Assembly (NCBI GenBank): GCA_030704615.1
Contig: CM060733.1
Location: 59,148,001 to 59,212,000 of the forward strand
Source: Takakia lepidozioides
Taxonomy: Eukaryota > Plantae > Bryophyta
Direction of reading: 5' to 3'
DNA length: 64,000 nt
The notes below the pieces were generated by a model that had not been told where the DNA came from, did no database searches, and worked only from the letters and a program-made list of their open reading frames with translations. This document shows positions 37,672 to 49,368 of the stretch, in pieces; the first letter of the stretch is position 1; each line of letters starts with the position of its first letter. Both the position numbers and the translations under genes were made by a program.

Positions 37672-39275
37672 ATGCAATTGGAGCTACGTCTTCTTCTTGC
37701 ACTGCGCTCCTCTGTCGCTGTGCTGCTGGTGGCCGCCTGCATATCTGTTGGTAAGTCATGGTTGCTAACGGACGAGTTTGGGTGTTCTCCGCACGTGGAT
37801 GGAACAGTGAGGAATTTTTTTGTATGTCCGCACACGGTTCATCATTGCTGTCAAGGAAATATAGAACAAGAGAGGGGCGAGGGCGCTGGCCTGAGTATAA
37901 ATGGTTGCGTCTAATTCAAGGAAGGGGGAGTGGGAGGGAAAGAGGGGAATCTTACTACACTGTTGCGCCGAAACAGGCACGAAGCAAGACTGATAATTAA
38001 CGGATTTGTTGTATGATGTCCGCATGCTTCCATGGGTATTATGATTGTTTTCTAGGCCAATTGTTTTGGATGGGGGAAGGAAGGGAGAGAGGGTAGCTTA
38101 CTTCATTGTAGCTTTGGAACGGAGAGACCTAACATATTGAGAAACACACATGCAGGAATTGCTGACTTTGAGTTTGCGGAAATTGAAATTCGGTTAATTC
38201 ATTGTTTCTTCATACTGACCATTTAAGAGACAATCGACTAACCATTTCAAACCACCAATTTGGCCTTCTCACAGCTCTAGCTTCTGGTGGGAGAATCTAG
38301 GTTTCTATCATACCGAGATTAGTTTCCTGAAGACCCAAAATGTCCCATGCACACTTATGGTCCTTTTACTATTGAACGCCCAAGCTAGTGTTATAGTGAA
38401 TGGATGGATGGATTGGTGTTTGAAATATTCATTCTAGGGGTATCATCAGATGAACAGAGTGTACCGCCGTCTAATTAAGCCAAAATTATAACCCGGAGTG
38501 ATGGAGGATTTAACTTAAGGAATGACACTACCGGTATAACAAGCTCTGTAAGAGAATGACAAGTCTTTTGTCAGCGGCCTTGGTTTTTGATTGGAAACTG
38601 TATACCACCAGGCAGACGCCGGTCTGTGTGTTTGTTTAAGATGTGCTTGTCCTGATGTGGTAAACACGGACCTTTCATTAACCATATGTCTTCCTGTGAC
38701 AGTTGTTTCATCCATACTGTTACCTACCTAATAACCTTTGGATCTTCTGGAAGCTTGTTGTTGGGTGCTCTGTACTGAAACTGATGTGGGAAATTTCTGT
38801 GCACTTCCACCTTTTTACCTTGTTTGTCTTGTGTTGGGAATCTGATTGTATTTTTTTCATGCTTGCATTCCAAGGGACGTGACTGTATATTCGCTTAAAG
38901 GAGTTGTTATGGTGGCAGGATGGTATGCAGTATGGAAGCTAGTGTTGGTGCATATCCCACTGGTGCAAGAGGTGTGTGGGTTGCGTAAGAAGCCGCCACG
39001 GCCCAAGCCTGCTCCCCGCCGCCTTGCTAACCTGTACCCTAGAACACGCTCTCCCCCTTCCTGCAGGTTTTCCCCCCTCCCACTCTTTAAATGGTTCCTG
39101 CATCATGTCTTGTACATTCCCTCAGTATTGTTGTCAACAAGCTTCTTGTCTCTCTCTAGGGATTGTACCCCCTTGGTTTGCTTCTATTTCTTTAGGGTCC
39201 CACAGTGGAGTTTTCCGCTCTCGCTCGTCTCTCTGTCTCTTTTTTGTTGATAGTGCAAATCCTGGAAGTCACTGA
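37672..39275 (+). CDS. Small (88 aa) hydrophobic protein with basic tail, 3 exons, unknown function
   Basis: Exons 37672-37750, 38901-39066 and 39254-39275 splice in frame: MQLELRLLLALRSSVAVLLVAACISVGVVMVAGWYAVWKLVLVHIPLVQEVCGLRKKPPRPKP...GSH*. Confidence 0.7.
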
Positions 39276-40026
39276 CTAACAGGCACCATAAGCACAATGT
39301 TGGCTGTCGGTTGTGCTGGAACCAAGAGTGTCCTGTCCTGGTTCGGGTTCTTTCGTAAAACTTGGCCTGCAACTTGATTGCAAGCACAGGCAGAGAGCAT
39401 TAAGAGGAGGAAGGATGAGTCCTACTATATTAACCCCATAGTCTTAAAATCTTTGTGGGCTTTGGTTTAGTATCTGAGTAGAACCTGCTTTCAATAAATG
39501 CTCCAGCTGGTATTAGTGATGGTGCCCGAACGGAGACAGAGGCCAAGCATTATGTATGGAGGGAACTGAAAAAGCTCCTGGTTTGGATTGGTAGTGGGGT
39601 TTTGGCCAAAGTTCACTTTGTAGTTCTTACCTTCCCATGTGTTTACTTCCCATGTCACTGTAACATCCCTAGCAGACTCTGCCTGCAACAGATGTGCTAA
39701 TAATTCGATTTAGTTAGAAACCTACCGGTTTGGATTGGGACGCAGGTTTGGGCATGTACAGAAATGGGAATGCAAATCTCCCTTTAGTTCTATGTATTTT
39801 CTTGCCTCTTCATTTAGACTTATTCGGCCAGCTTTGATATAGGAAGTAAGCCCCATCTTAGTTGTGGATAGTTGCCAGTATACCTGTGCAAAGTTTCCCT
39901 TAGAAGCTGGATGAATACTCACACCTGTGCAATAGAGGGATAGCTTTGGCAGGCTTGATTGAAAAAAAAAGTCGTTTTCTATAAGGAAAGTTCGATGTGG
40001 TTCCAAGAGTGTTTTTCTGGGCTGGA

Positions 40027-40333
40027 CTAAGACATTATTTTTGGTGGATGCCAGGTTACTGAGCTCAGATTCTTCAACCAGTGATGTTCACAAGAAAGAG
40101 CACGAGCCGTGATACTTGAGTGTCTGGAAACATCGGCGAACATGCCTTGAAGTCCAGTTGGTGCCACACTGGCTTTTCCCTAAGACATTGTATTTGGTGG
40201 ATGCCAGGTTACTGGGCCCAGATTCTTCAACCAGTGAGATTCACAAGAAAGAGCACAAGCTGTGATACCCGAGTGTCTGGAAACATAGGCGAAGATGCCT
40301 TGAAGTTCAGTTGGCGGCACACTGGCTTTTCCC
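40027..40333. repeat. Tandem duplication of ~154 bp
   Basis: ctaagacatt...ggatgccaggttactg...cacactggcttttccc occurs twice. Confidence 0.9.
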
Positions 40334-40580
40334 AGGCCAGTAGTGTCTACATTTTAGTTTCCTCCTGGACATATCCAATTCACATTGTGAAACAATGTAC
40401 ATACCCGCAACCTAACCCCTCCTCCAGTCAAAACACCATGGCTGCAGAGGATCTAACATGACCCCTCCTTCCCTTCTCCTTCAGGGGATTTGTAATAGCT
40501 ATACATATCATGCTCCCTTTGCATGATGAGGGGATGTTATGAAAATCCATCCTCAGGGTTCAGAGATTGTAACATGATTT

Positions 40581-42400
40581 TTAGTTGACATAATGGCATG
40601 TACAAATGTAAAGTATTGTTTGATTTGATTGTTGACAATAAAGATTCACAGGCATATGGCCCTGTTGCAGAGGGAAATGCCCTCTCTGCGGCAGGTGGGA
40701 TGCCAGCAAGTATTCGACAACATCTTGTCTCTGCGTTCTCCCCCATGGCATCATCTTGCACCTATTTTCTGAACACTCCAATGCCCTAACAACCAAGGCG
40801 AGCCCTTCCCTGGTATTTTGGGTTATAAATTGTACACTCCATTGTTTTACTAAGTATGCCTTGCTGCAAAGGAGGGCCAGCTGCTGCAGATTGCATTGAA
40901 GAAGACCAACATGGTCAGGCTTTGAACAAACATACATTGTATCTATATTCTTTCAAGATTCGAAGAGCACAAGTTCTTTGAATGCTGCAACAGCAGCTGC
41001 CTGAGAAAACCAACTCATCTATCATGTTTGTTGTCAAGCATTGTGTTGTTTGTCTCTACACGGATCTGCTCTCGGCCTGCAGTCATCTGTCTTACATGCA
41101 CATACATCTCCTTTCCTAAGTAGCACGGGGTCCTCGAGCCTATCATAACAACATAACAACTCCCCGTTCATATCCACCCCAGGCTGATCGCACATGTACC
41201 AACAGCCCTCCGTGAGATAGATTTCTCTGCACACAAATAAGGTTGTGCTCCCACGGCATAGATTGTGAGAGGGAGAGAGGACCAAGAGCTCGATCTGCTA
41301 CATAAACAAGTCAGGTCGATCGCCTACATTGAAATTAAGAGGGATGAGTGCCCATCAAAATCACACCCAAGTCACAGCCGCTGCACCATGGAACCTTATC
41401 ATGGTTTATATCTGCAGAGATGTTATGCATTGTGTTCGAGGAGAGACAAAGCCATGTGACAACACGCCGATTGAGTCTAGATAAGGCAGGAAGCTCGCAG
41501 GAAGCTGGAACCATAGCTTTTTGTGTTACAACTTCCTGCGAGCTTCCTTCCTTACCTAGACTCATCGGCGTGTTGGACTTTTTCACGTAGGGACCCTTGC
41601 TCTGCCTGGAAATCCGAATCTTAGAAACCTTCAACATCTAAATGTACTCTAGACTAAATATCAAAGCGAGATGATGCTGAGCCTAGGCTGTTTAAGTCCA
41701 GGGAACACAAACTATATGTTCTCGATTTGAGTCTTCTTCGTGATGGATCCTCGAGATATGCTCTCGAGTCTGGACACCCGCTATTCACACCACACTACCA
41801 ACTGTTTCATTTTCGTGCAGGGACGGTACCATGCCCGGCTGCTGCTGTTGTGAGAGAGTGATCACACAGCCCAACTTACAGCTAACCGACGGGATCGAGT
41901 GCTACCTAGCTCCACGACTTTGCAACACTGAATATAGAACAGTGTCTGCAATAACTGTTTGAGCGTTATGGGAGTTGTGGCGCCCCGAAAGTGAAGGCAC
42001 CGTTCTGCCGTAAATGCGTTCGTAACTAACAACTCCTGTTTGCAGCCCATTCATCATCAGTTTGGACACTCATCAACACGATCCTCATAACCCAGTCTGC
42101 GCAGTGGCGCACTATGTGCCTGCATGTGAGCGTTATCAGAAGTTGTGGAGCCTGGAAACAAGTAAAGGCAGCAGGCTGCAGTAAATGCGCACTACGGCCT
42201 GCGTGAGTGCAGACCGAACGTCCAGCGAATCCCTCGCTGCACATGTTGACTTTGGGGCACTGCTCGTCAGAGAGATCTAGATCAATGGATAGAATATTCT
42301 GCTTCTACCTTGAGCTTCCCAGTTGGAAGTCTGATGGCATGTTCCAGTACTGCTGAGAAGATGCCTGTTTGGGGATGGAGTATCCCGTGAGCATTCATTA
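40581..42400 (-). CDS. Candidate multi-exon gene of unknown function
   Basis: A series of short AG/GT-bounded segments: QSKGPYVKKSNTPMSL|DINHDKVPWCSGCDL..|EIYLTEGCWYMCDQPGVDMNGELLCCYDRLEDPVLLRKGD. The full model was not resolved. Confidence 0.4.
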
Positions 42401-42614
42401 ACCCAGCTGGAGTAGATGGAGTAGATCCAGCTTTGCGATCCGGATCGAACATGATGAAAGAAGCAAGAAACCTGCCTATATTTTGTGCCACCCTTCACTC
42501 TTTTCAATCCAATTTTCCCGCCTCTCTATTCACAGTCCTGGCTCGCTCTCCAATCTGAGAGAGGCAGGATAAGTATAGCAGAGGTGAGAGGAAGGGTTTT
42601 TGCAAGCTTGGAAC

Positions 42615-43163
42615 ATGGCGGCGCTAGCTAGCGAGCGCGTCTTGACATGGCTGCTGGTGGGTGTGCTTGGGAGCGTTCTCATTGCTGGTAGCGAAGCTCG
42701 ATTGGACCTGGACACAAGGAAGCTCTGGGGATACTCCAGCAGTCCCCCTCCTCCATCTTCGCCATACTATTACACATCTCCTCCCCCACCTTCTCCTTCC
42801 CCACCACCTCCCTATGTGTACTCCTCTCCCCCGCCGCCTCCCTACGTCTATCCCTCTCCTCCTCCCCCATCTCCTTCCCCGCCTCCTCCCTACGTCTATC
42901 CTTCCCCTCCTCCCCCATCTCCTTCCCCGCCTCCTCCCTACGTCTATCCCTCTCCTCCTCCCCCATCTCCTTCCCCGCCTCCTCCCTACGTCTATCCTTC
43001 CCCTCCTCCCCCCTCTCCTTCACCACCTCCTCCCTACGTTTATCTCTCACCTCCTCCCCCTCTACCCTCCCCACCGCCTCCATACGTCTATCCCTCTCCT
43101 CCTCCCGTGTACTACTCTCCCCCAGTTCCTGTCACTTATCCCCCCCCACCTTCCGGTTACTAG
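42615..43163 (+). CDS. Extensin (HRGP) with signal peptide
   Basis: Hydrophobic N-terminus, then SPPPPSPSPPPPYVYP 48-nt repeats with YVY cross-linking motifs. Confidence 0.93.
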   Translation: MAALASERVLTWLLVGVLGSVLIAGSEARLDLDTRKLWGYSSSPPPPSSPYYYTSPPPPSPSPPPPYVYSSPPPPPYVYPSPPPPSPSPPPPYVYPSPPPPSPSPPPPYVYPSPPPPSPSPPPPYVYPSPPPPSPSPPPPYVYLSPPPPLPSPPPPYVYPSPPPVYYSPPVPVTYPPPPSGY

Positions 43164-44498
43164 GATGTCACCTCGCGGTAAGCTTCCACTTGGATCTCCT
43201 TTAGGATCTGAGTTTCCTTGTAGTGCTTCCTTTTGTTCCTTGGGCGAATCCACGATACTGTAGTATATTTCCGAACAATGCGTACTTCTGCAAGTTTCTC
43301 TTTGTAGATTGCTAGAGTGACCGCATTCAATACTTTGCTGTCTTCCTCTCCGTACATGTCTGAGTTTCCTGTTTTGGATGTCTACAGGCTGGTAACTGGG
43401 CCATTCCTTCCGAGTACGGATTCCGCTTTACTTTCGTATCGAGGCGATTTTCTCATTATCTAGCTTCCTTGTAGAACCTCTGACTCTCACTTATATCATC
43501 GGTTTTGTAAGCATCGAGTGATCGGCGAAGAATGGGGATAGCGAATTGTTGTAATTACCACAGTTTGAGGCGTCGGAAGTAGACGCATCCTTCAAATGTG
43601 GAAGATCAAATTACCAAAGGTAGCAACCATATATATGTGCAGTCCTAGCATCTCAATATATACATTGCCTAGTTACTGCTTGCAGGCCCGGAACTGATTC
43701 TATGAGGTAACTCGACAGTCCGCACTGCAGCTATAGAGGACACTCGCTGTTTCCAATATGAAACGGCCTTGAAGTCGGACAATTTAATAAATACCAGCTG
43801 GCCATGATGCCTGCTTTTGTAGCCAGCTTCTTGTTGCAGTGTTGAATGTATGATCTCATGTATATGATCAATTGTAAGCAAGTACTTCAACCCCTTCAAC
43901 AGATGTTCAGAGATATCTGTGTACGCTCTGTGGTTTCTAAATGTAGCTCGGGGATTTCTAGATTTGTAACATGCATGTGTAATCAGGATGCAGAAATAAG
44001 CTTGCAGTCGAAATAGGTGTTTACACTTTTGGTGTACTACGAGTGTCCCTGCCCACAATTCCCGCGAGTCATTCAGCTTGCATGCCAATTTGCTATTCAC
44101 AATCGTCTGATCTTGCTACAACGCACATGTGAATGTGGGTCTGCCTGCCAGCCTGCGAGTAAGCATACAACGCGTCAATTACCTGACCATCCAGGATTTC
44201 GGTATCAGCAGTGGCAGCAGCCTAATAATCCATACAGAAATTCGAAGACGAGCTGAAATTTTATAGTTTTGCCAGGAGGAATGTATATCCATCAATTCGA
44301 GGGCTCTGAGGTTGGTGTAAATTGTGACATGCTTTTGCATCTGCGCGGCGTGATAATAGTGTGTTACATGTGCGTTGGAGGACAAACTGAGCAGTTTTAG
44401 CAGCTTCTTGTCAACTGGTCAGTTATGCTCTTGCAATCTCACCTCTCACAGTCTCTCACGATCGTTGAGGTCAAGGGTCTTGGCCTTCTTCGAAAGAC

Positions 44499-44889
44499 GT
44501 AACAATGAGATGTCACCAAGGTGGCCACAAGGCAGGCTTTTGAGATGTATCAGCAAATACACTGACAGTCAGTCACCTGATGTTAAGATGCACTTGAAGC
44601 ACTTGATTGCTTAGTGCGAAGCCTCGCTATCTCTGTTTTACGTTGATTCTTTCTACTAAAGTTCCTCCAAAGCATAAAAATTCAGCCTAGTTATACTTCG
44701 TAAGATTTGTAATCATCTCATCAGTATACACTTCCGTGAAATCTCCAGTTTTGGTTCAAGAGAAGTCATGTTGCAAAAGAGCAATAACCCTGTCGCTCTC
44801 ATTACACCTTCCCATCCATGATATCACTAACTGATACATCTCAAAAGCCGCCCTTGTGGCCCCACCTTGGAGCGAAGTCTCCTTGTTAC
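44499..44889. ncRNA. PPR-derived inverted repeat; candidate MIRNA/hairpin RNA
   Basis: Arms 44499-44553 and 44831-44889 with a 19-bp perfect core (ggcttttgagatgtatcag / ctgatacatctcaaaagcc). 44536-44558 is 22/23 identical to PPR CDS 48118-48140. Confidence 0.55.
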
Positions 44890-46291
44890 ATTTCTGTATG
44901 ACCTGATTTCCCCAGCGCAAGATATTGTTACAAACTGGTGCGTTACGGTGTAGCATTGTCCACCCATTAGCTGTTCTATGCAATTGACTTTGTCATTGGC
45001 ATTCGCTTCTGCTGCATTTCGATCAAAGAAGACAGAGGAAGCCAAAAATTGCTAATACGATAACGACAACAAGAGTGCCGACGTATTCCCTATGGTGGTG
45101 GAATGAAAACTTGCCTGTAAATGTGTCCAGAGAGGGCACCCGCAGTTGGGCGACTGCGTTGAACAGTTTTGGGTTGAGAGAATCACATAACGTTTTACCG
45201 ACTTGCCGCCAGTACGATTGTGTTCTACGGAAATGCAAGTAATTAGACAACAGAGCTACACCCATGAATCACTGTTGTGGGGAATGCCTGGATTTTTTCG
45301 CAATCAGTCTGTTGAAGTGTTCAGAAGAATGCTTGCGCAAAGATCAGGAGTGCTGGTTAGTCCAGGACTCATGTTTGCTTCTTGCTTAACCCCTTCGTCT
45401 CCGCAGGTAGAGGTGGCAGCGCCTCTCGGGAGCGCGCAGGGAGAGGGCATATTCAAGTTCCTCGCGTCTTCTTGCGGTGAACGGCGTGAGGCTTCACTTC
45501 ATGTAGCAGATAAACGGGCCGATCTGTGAAGCTGAAATGGGTATCCGGCTTGGGAATGTTGGACCCCAGACCTTTGGGAGTCATGGCTATGACGCCTTCC
45601 CAGTCTCGTGTGAAATGGAAGAGAGGTGTGTTATGTAATTCTTTGCGTATTTCTTGTCCTTGACCCATTCCAGCAGAAAGGACACCCATCCCGACCAGAT
45701 TCCTCTAGGTTATGGTCCCAGAGGACTGTAAGCGTTACCACTTTTTCCTCCATCTTCTGAAATTTCTTGTATGCTAATCTTCCTCTCATCTCATGAGAGA
45801 CATAGGTACCTTTTTACTATGTGGAGTTTGTGGAAGCCATGACACGGTTTGCTCATAGCGCACGCAGTTTAGTTTTCAAGTTGAGCAAATCTGTGGGTGA
45901 AATCCGTTCAGTGGTGGTCAGCCCAGTTACGAACTCCCGCTCCTTAATGTCCAGGCGTACCGTGGATTAGACATCCATTGCTGCAGACCTCTGTATCAGT
46001 GCAGAGCGTAATCGCCAGGGATGGGGAGAGAGCCGAGAGAGATATACAGATTTACCATTCGCTGGGATACGAATGCCATGAGGCATTCTGCTCTGGGAAA
46101 TGAACCCTCCCGGATACATTTGTCGACACACAAACAGGGAGACTAAAAGTGCTTTTCTGCTACAGATGTGATACATGTCTGAGAGAAGAGAGAGAAAAAG
46201 AAAGAAGCTTGGACAGAGAGAAAGATAAGAACCATGCCATTATGAGAAGCTGATAAAGATTTATGGTTAAGCACTGGCATTTTCCATACAG

Positions 46292-46828
46292 ACTTCAGGA
46301 AATTGGAAGCTGGCAAAAGTTCTCATGTTCTAGCAGTCGTTGGACACAGATCAAAAACTCAGCAACAAACAGATCCTTCACAGTGGTGGGACAACAGGTT
46401 TACCAAGGTGAGGCTATCTTCATTTTGGATGTGATAGGGTTTTTCAAGGTGGATTGTCACTGAAGGCAGCACTATGACTGCAATTTGGTGCCTCCAGCCA
46501 GTCACCTAAATTACTGACAAATTGCTGATTTTTTTTTGTTGGGAAAAAGCAACAAAAATTAGATGCTCTCTGTAGGCTGCAGGTTCCCTGTTATTTGAGA
46601 AATGCTTGGGTTTTTGGTGGTCATAGCCTGGTCTTTGTGAGGCTGTTGTTCAAGTTCCAGCCCGCTCAGTTGCCCAGTGGTGTGTTTCGCAGAAAAGACC
46701 AAGATCACCAGACTTCAGGAATAAGCAGACAAGCAAGGGTTTGTCCAACCCTCCTTGGGCGAAACCAAAACTCTCTGCCATCGTACAAGGTCAAGCACAA
46801 TTTGGTGATAGCTGTAATGGAGCTTCAG
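46292..46828 (+). CDS. Two exons encoding an OSB-type PDF motif, upstream of the PLS-PPR exon
   Basis: 46292-46407 (catacag|...QQQTDPSQWWDNRFTK|gtgagg) and 46693-46828 (ttcgcag|KRPRSPDFRNKQTSKGLSNPPWAKPKL...ASG|gtcaag). Both are open and join in phase 0. Confidence 0.75.
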
Positions 46829-47067
46829 GTCAAGAATGCAATGGGTATTGTCTTGATGATAGTTGAAGGATTCAATTCAAAACAGGTCGAGTTGGTCCAG
46901 TGAACCCTGACTGTAGTTGACTACAGTGGTTTTCTGACCCTGTTAATGTGGCGCAAGGACCCGGGCCTCATGAACAGATCCACCTTTGCTGTATCTAGGA
47001 GCTTTGAGATACAGTGTGCGAGTTTGAGTTTTATTGGCTTAAAACTAACAGTTTGAAGTCATGCAGG

Positions 47068-49368
47068 ATGCCAGGGTTGAATCAAGCACAGGTTTTTCAG
47101 TCGGGTAACTTCAGCCTGACCACTGCACTTCACAGAAGACAAGGAGAGGGAGTAAAGATGAACTCCAGCACTTCTGAGGATGTGAAGACACTATGTAAGG
47201 CAGGACGACTGAAAGATGCCCTGCACATTTTGAACCTACGAGGCATGTCAACAGACACCAATACTTATGTGTGTCTCTTGCAAGAGTGCATCAGCATTAA
47301 AGGGCTAGCAGAGGGAAAGCAGGTGCATGCCCACATTCTCCTGAGTGGATTCAAGCCAAGCATCTTCCTACTCAACTCCGTTGTCAACATGTTTGCCAAG
47401 TGTGGGAGCTTAGTCGCTGCACGCCAAGTGTTCGACACAATGTTTGAACGAGATGTGTCTTCCTGGACTACAATGATTGCAGCATACGCGAAGCATGGGC
47501 GCAGTAGGGAGGCTTTCAAGATCTATGACGATATGATACAGGAAGGGGTGACGCCCAACAGGGTCACATTCATTTGTGTTCTTAAGGCGTGTGCCAGCCA
47601 AGGAACCCTGGAAAAGGGAAGGGAGGTCCATGCTGAGATCATCAAAGCTGGACTTGCGCCATACATTAATCTGGATAATACCCTTATTAACATGTATGCC
47701 AAATGTGGGAGCATGGAGGATGCACGTCGAGTGTTTGATAATATGGCTGAGCAAGATATTGTCTCATGGAATGCAATGATTGCAGGATATGCTCAGCATG
47801 GGTGTATGAAGGAGGCTTTCGGCATGCACGAGGAAATGATGCGGGAAGGAGTGGCACCCGACAATGTCACATTCATTTGCATCCTCAATGTGTGCGCCAG
47901 CCTGGCAGCCCTGGAGAAGGGCAAGGCAGTCCATTCTGACATTGTCAAGGCTGGACTTGTGTCTGTTGTCAATTTGAATAACACCCTTGTTCACATGTAT
48001 GGGAAGTGCGGGAGTGTGAAGGATGCACGCCAAGTGTTCAACAACATGGCTCAGCGAAATGTGATCTCATGGAATGCGATGATTGGAGGGTATGCTCAGC
48101 ATGGGTATGGTAGGGATGCTTTTGAGATGTATGAGCAAATGATATGGGAAGGGGTCACCCCGAATAAGGTCACATTCATTTGTGTCCTCAAGGCGTGTGC
48201 CAACCTGGCAGCCCTGGAAAATGGCAAAGCGGTCCATGCTAATATCATTCAAGCTGGACTTGGGCCAGATATCATTCTGGAGACTGCCCTTGTTGACATG
48301 TATGCCAATTGCGGGAGCGTGAAGGATGCACGTCAGGCATTTGAAAACATGGCTCAACGAGATGTGGTTTCGTGGAGTGTGATGATCACAGCATATGCTC
48401 AGCATGGGTTTGGTTGGGAGGCTTTCGAAATATATGAGCAAATGGTAGAAGAAGGAGTGATGCCAAACAAGGTCACTTTCATTTGCATTCTCAATGCGTG
48501 TGCCAGCCTTGCAGCCCTGGATAAGGGCAAAGCAGTCCATGCTGACATTGTCAAAGCTGGAATTGCACTGGATATAATTCTGGGGACTGCCCTTCTTGAC
48601 ATGTATGCTAAATGCGGGAGCATGCAGGATGCACATCATGTGTTTGACAATATGGCTCAACGAGATGTGGTTTCATGGAGTGCAATGATTGCAGGATATG
48701 CTCAGCATGCCTCTGGTAAGGAGGCTCTCGAGATGTATGAGCAAATGAAAAGGGGAGGGGTAACACCTGACAATGTCACGTTCATTTGCATTCTCAATGC
48801 GTGTACCAGCCTTGCAGCCCTAGACAAGGGAAAAGAGGTCCATGCTGATGTTGTCAAAGCTGGCATTGTTTCCTATATTAATTTGGATAATACCCTTATT
48901 GACATGTATGCCAAATGTGGGAGCATGACAGATGCGCAAGAAGTGTTTGACAATATGTTTAAACAAGATGTGGTCTCATGGAGTGCAATGATAGCAGGGT
49001 ATGGTCAACATGGGTTTGGTAGGGAGGCCCTCCAACTATTTGAACATATGAAACAGGAAGGCTTGAAGCCGAATGATATCACCTTTGTATCACTTCTCTC
49101 TGCATGTAGTCATGCGGGCCTAGTGGAGGAGGGCTGTCACTACTTTGATTCCATTAGTGAAGATCATGGCCTCACTCCCACAGAGGAGCATTTTGGCTGT
49201 ATGGTGGATCTACTTGGCCGCGCAGGGCAATTGGAAGAGGCAGAGGACTTCGTTAACCAAATGCCGATCGAACCTGGTGCTTTGGTGTGGGGGGCCTTGC
49301 TTGGTGCATGCAGAATTCATGGTGATGTTGAGCGAGCAGAACGCGTGGCAAAATGTCTTGTGACGTAG
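47068..49368 (+). CDS. PLS-class PPR protein (organellar RNA-editing factor type), ends after E1
   Basis: Five P1-L1-S1 triplets (303-nt period), then P2-L2-S2 (HFGCMVDLLGRAG) and E1 (VWGALLGACRIHG). Premature TAG at 49366-49368. Confidence 0.93.
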   Translation: MPGLNQAQVFQSGNFSLTTALHRRQGEGVKMNSSTSEDVKTLCKAGRLKDALHILNLRGMSTDTNTYVCLLQECISIKGLAEGKQVHAHILLSGFKPSIFLLNSVVNMFAKCGSLVAARQVFDTMFERDVSSWTTMIAAYAKHGRSREAFKIYDDMIQEGVTPNRVTFICVLKACASQGTLEKGREVHAEIIKAGLAPYINLDNTLINMYAKCGSMEDARRVFDNMAEQDIVSWNAMIAGYAQHGCMKEAFGMHEEMMREGVAPDNVTFICILNVCASLAALEKGKAVHSDIVKAGLVSVVNLNNTLVHMYGKCGSVKDARQVFNNMAQRNVISWNAMIGGYAQHGYGRDAFEMYEQMIWEGVTPNKVTFICVLKACANLAALENGKAVHANIIQAGLGPDIILETALVDMYANCGSVKDARQAFENMAQRDVVSWSVMITAYAQHGFGWEAFEIYEQMVEEGVMPNKVTFICILNACASLAALDKGKAVHADIVKAGIALDIILGTALLDMYAKCGSMQDAHHVFDNMAQRDVVSWSAMIAGYAQHASGKEALEMYEQMKRGGVTPDNVTFICILNACTSLAALDKGKEVHADVVKAGIVSYINLDNTLIDMYAKCGSMTDAQEVFDNMFKQDVVSWSAMIAGYGQHGFGREALQLFEHMKQEGLKPNDITFVSLLSACSHAGLVEEGCHYFDSISEDHGLTPTEEHFGCMVDLLGRAGQLEEAEDFVNQMPIEPGALVWGALLGACRIHGDVERAERVAKCLVT

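Noticed and set aside
42661-43263. Leu/Pro-rich and Glu/Arg-rich repetitive ORFs
   Set aside because: They are alternative-frame and antisense shadows of the extensin repeat.
45250-46170. First coding exon(s) or transit peptide of the PDF-PPR gene, and a further degenerate PDF motif (LWVKSVQWW, HPSRPD)
   Set aside because: Several candidate ATGs exist but with stops and no unambiguous splice path; the motif similarity is too weak to call.
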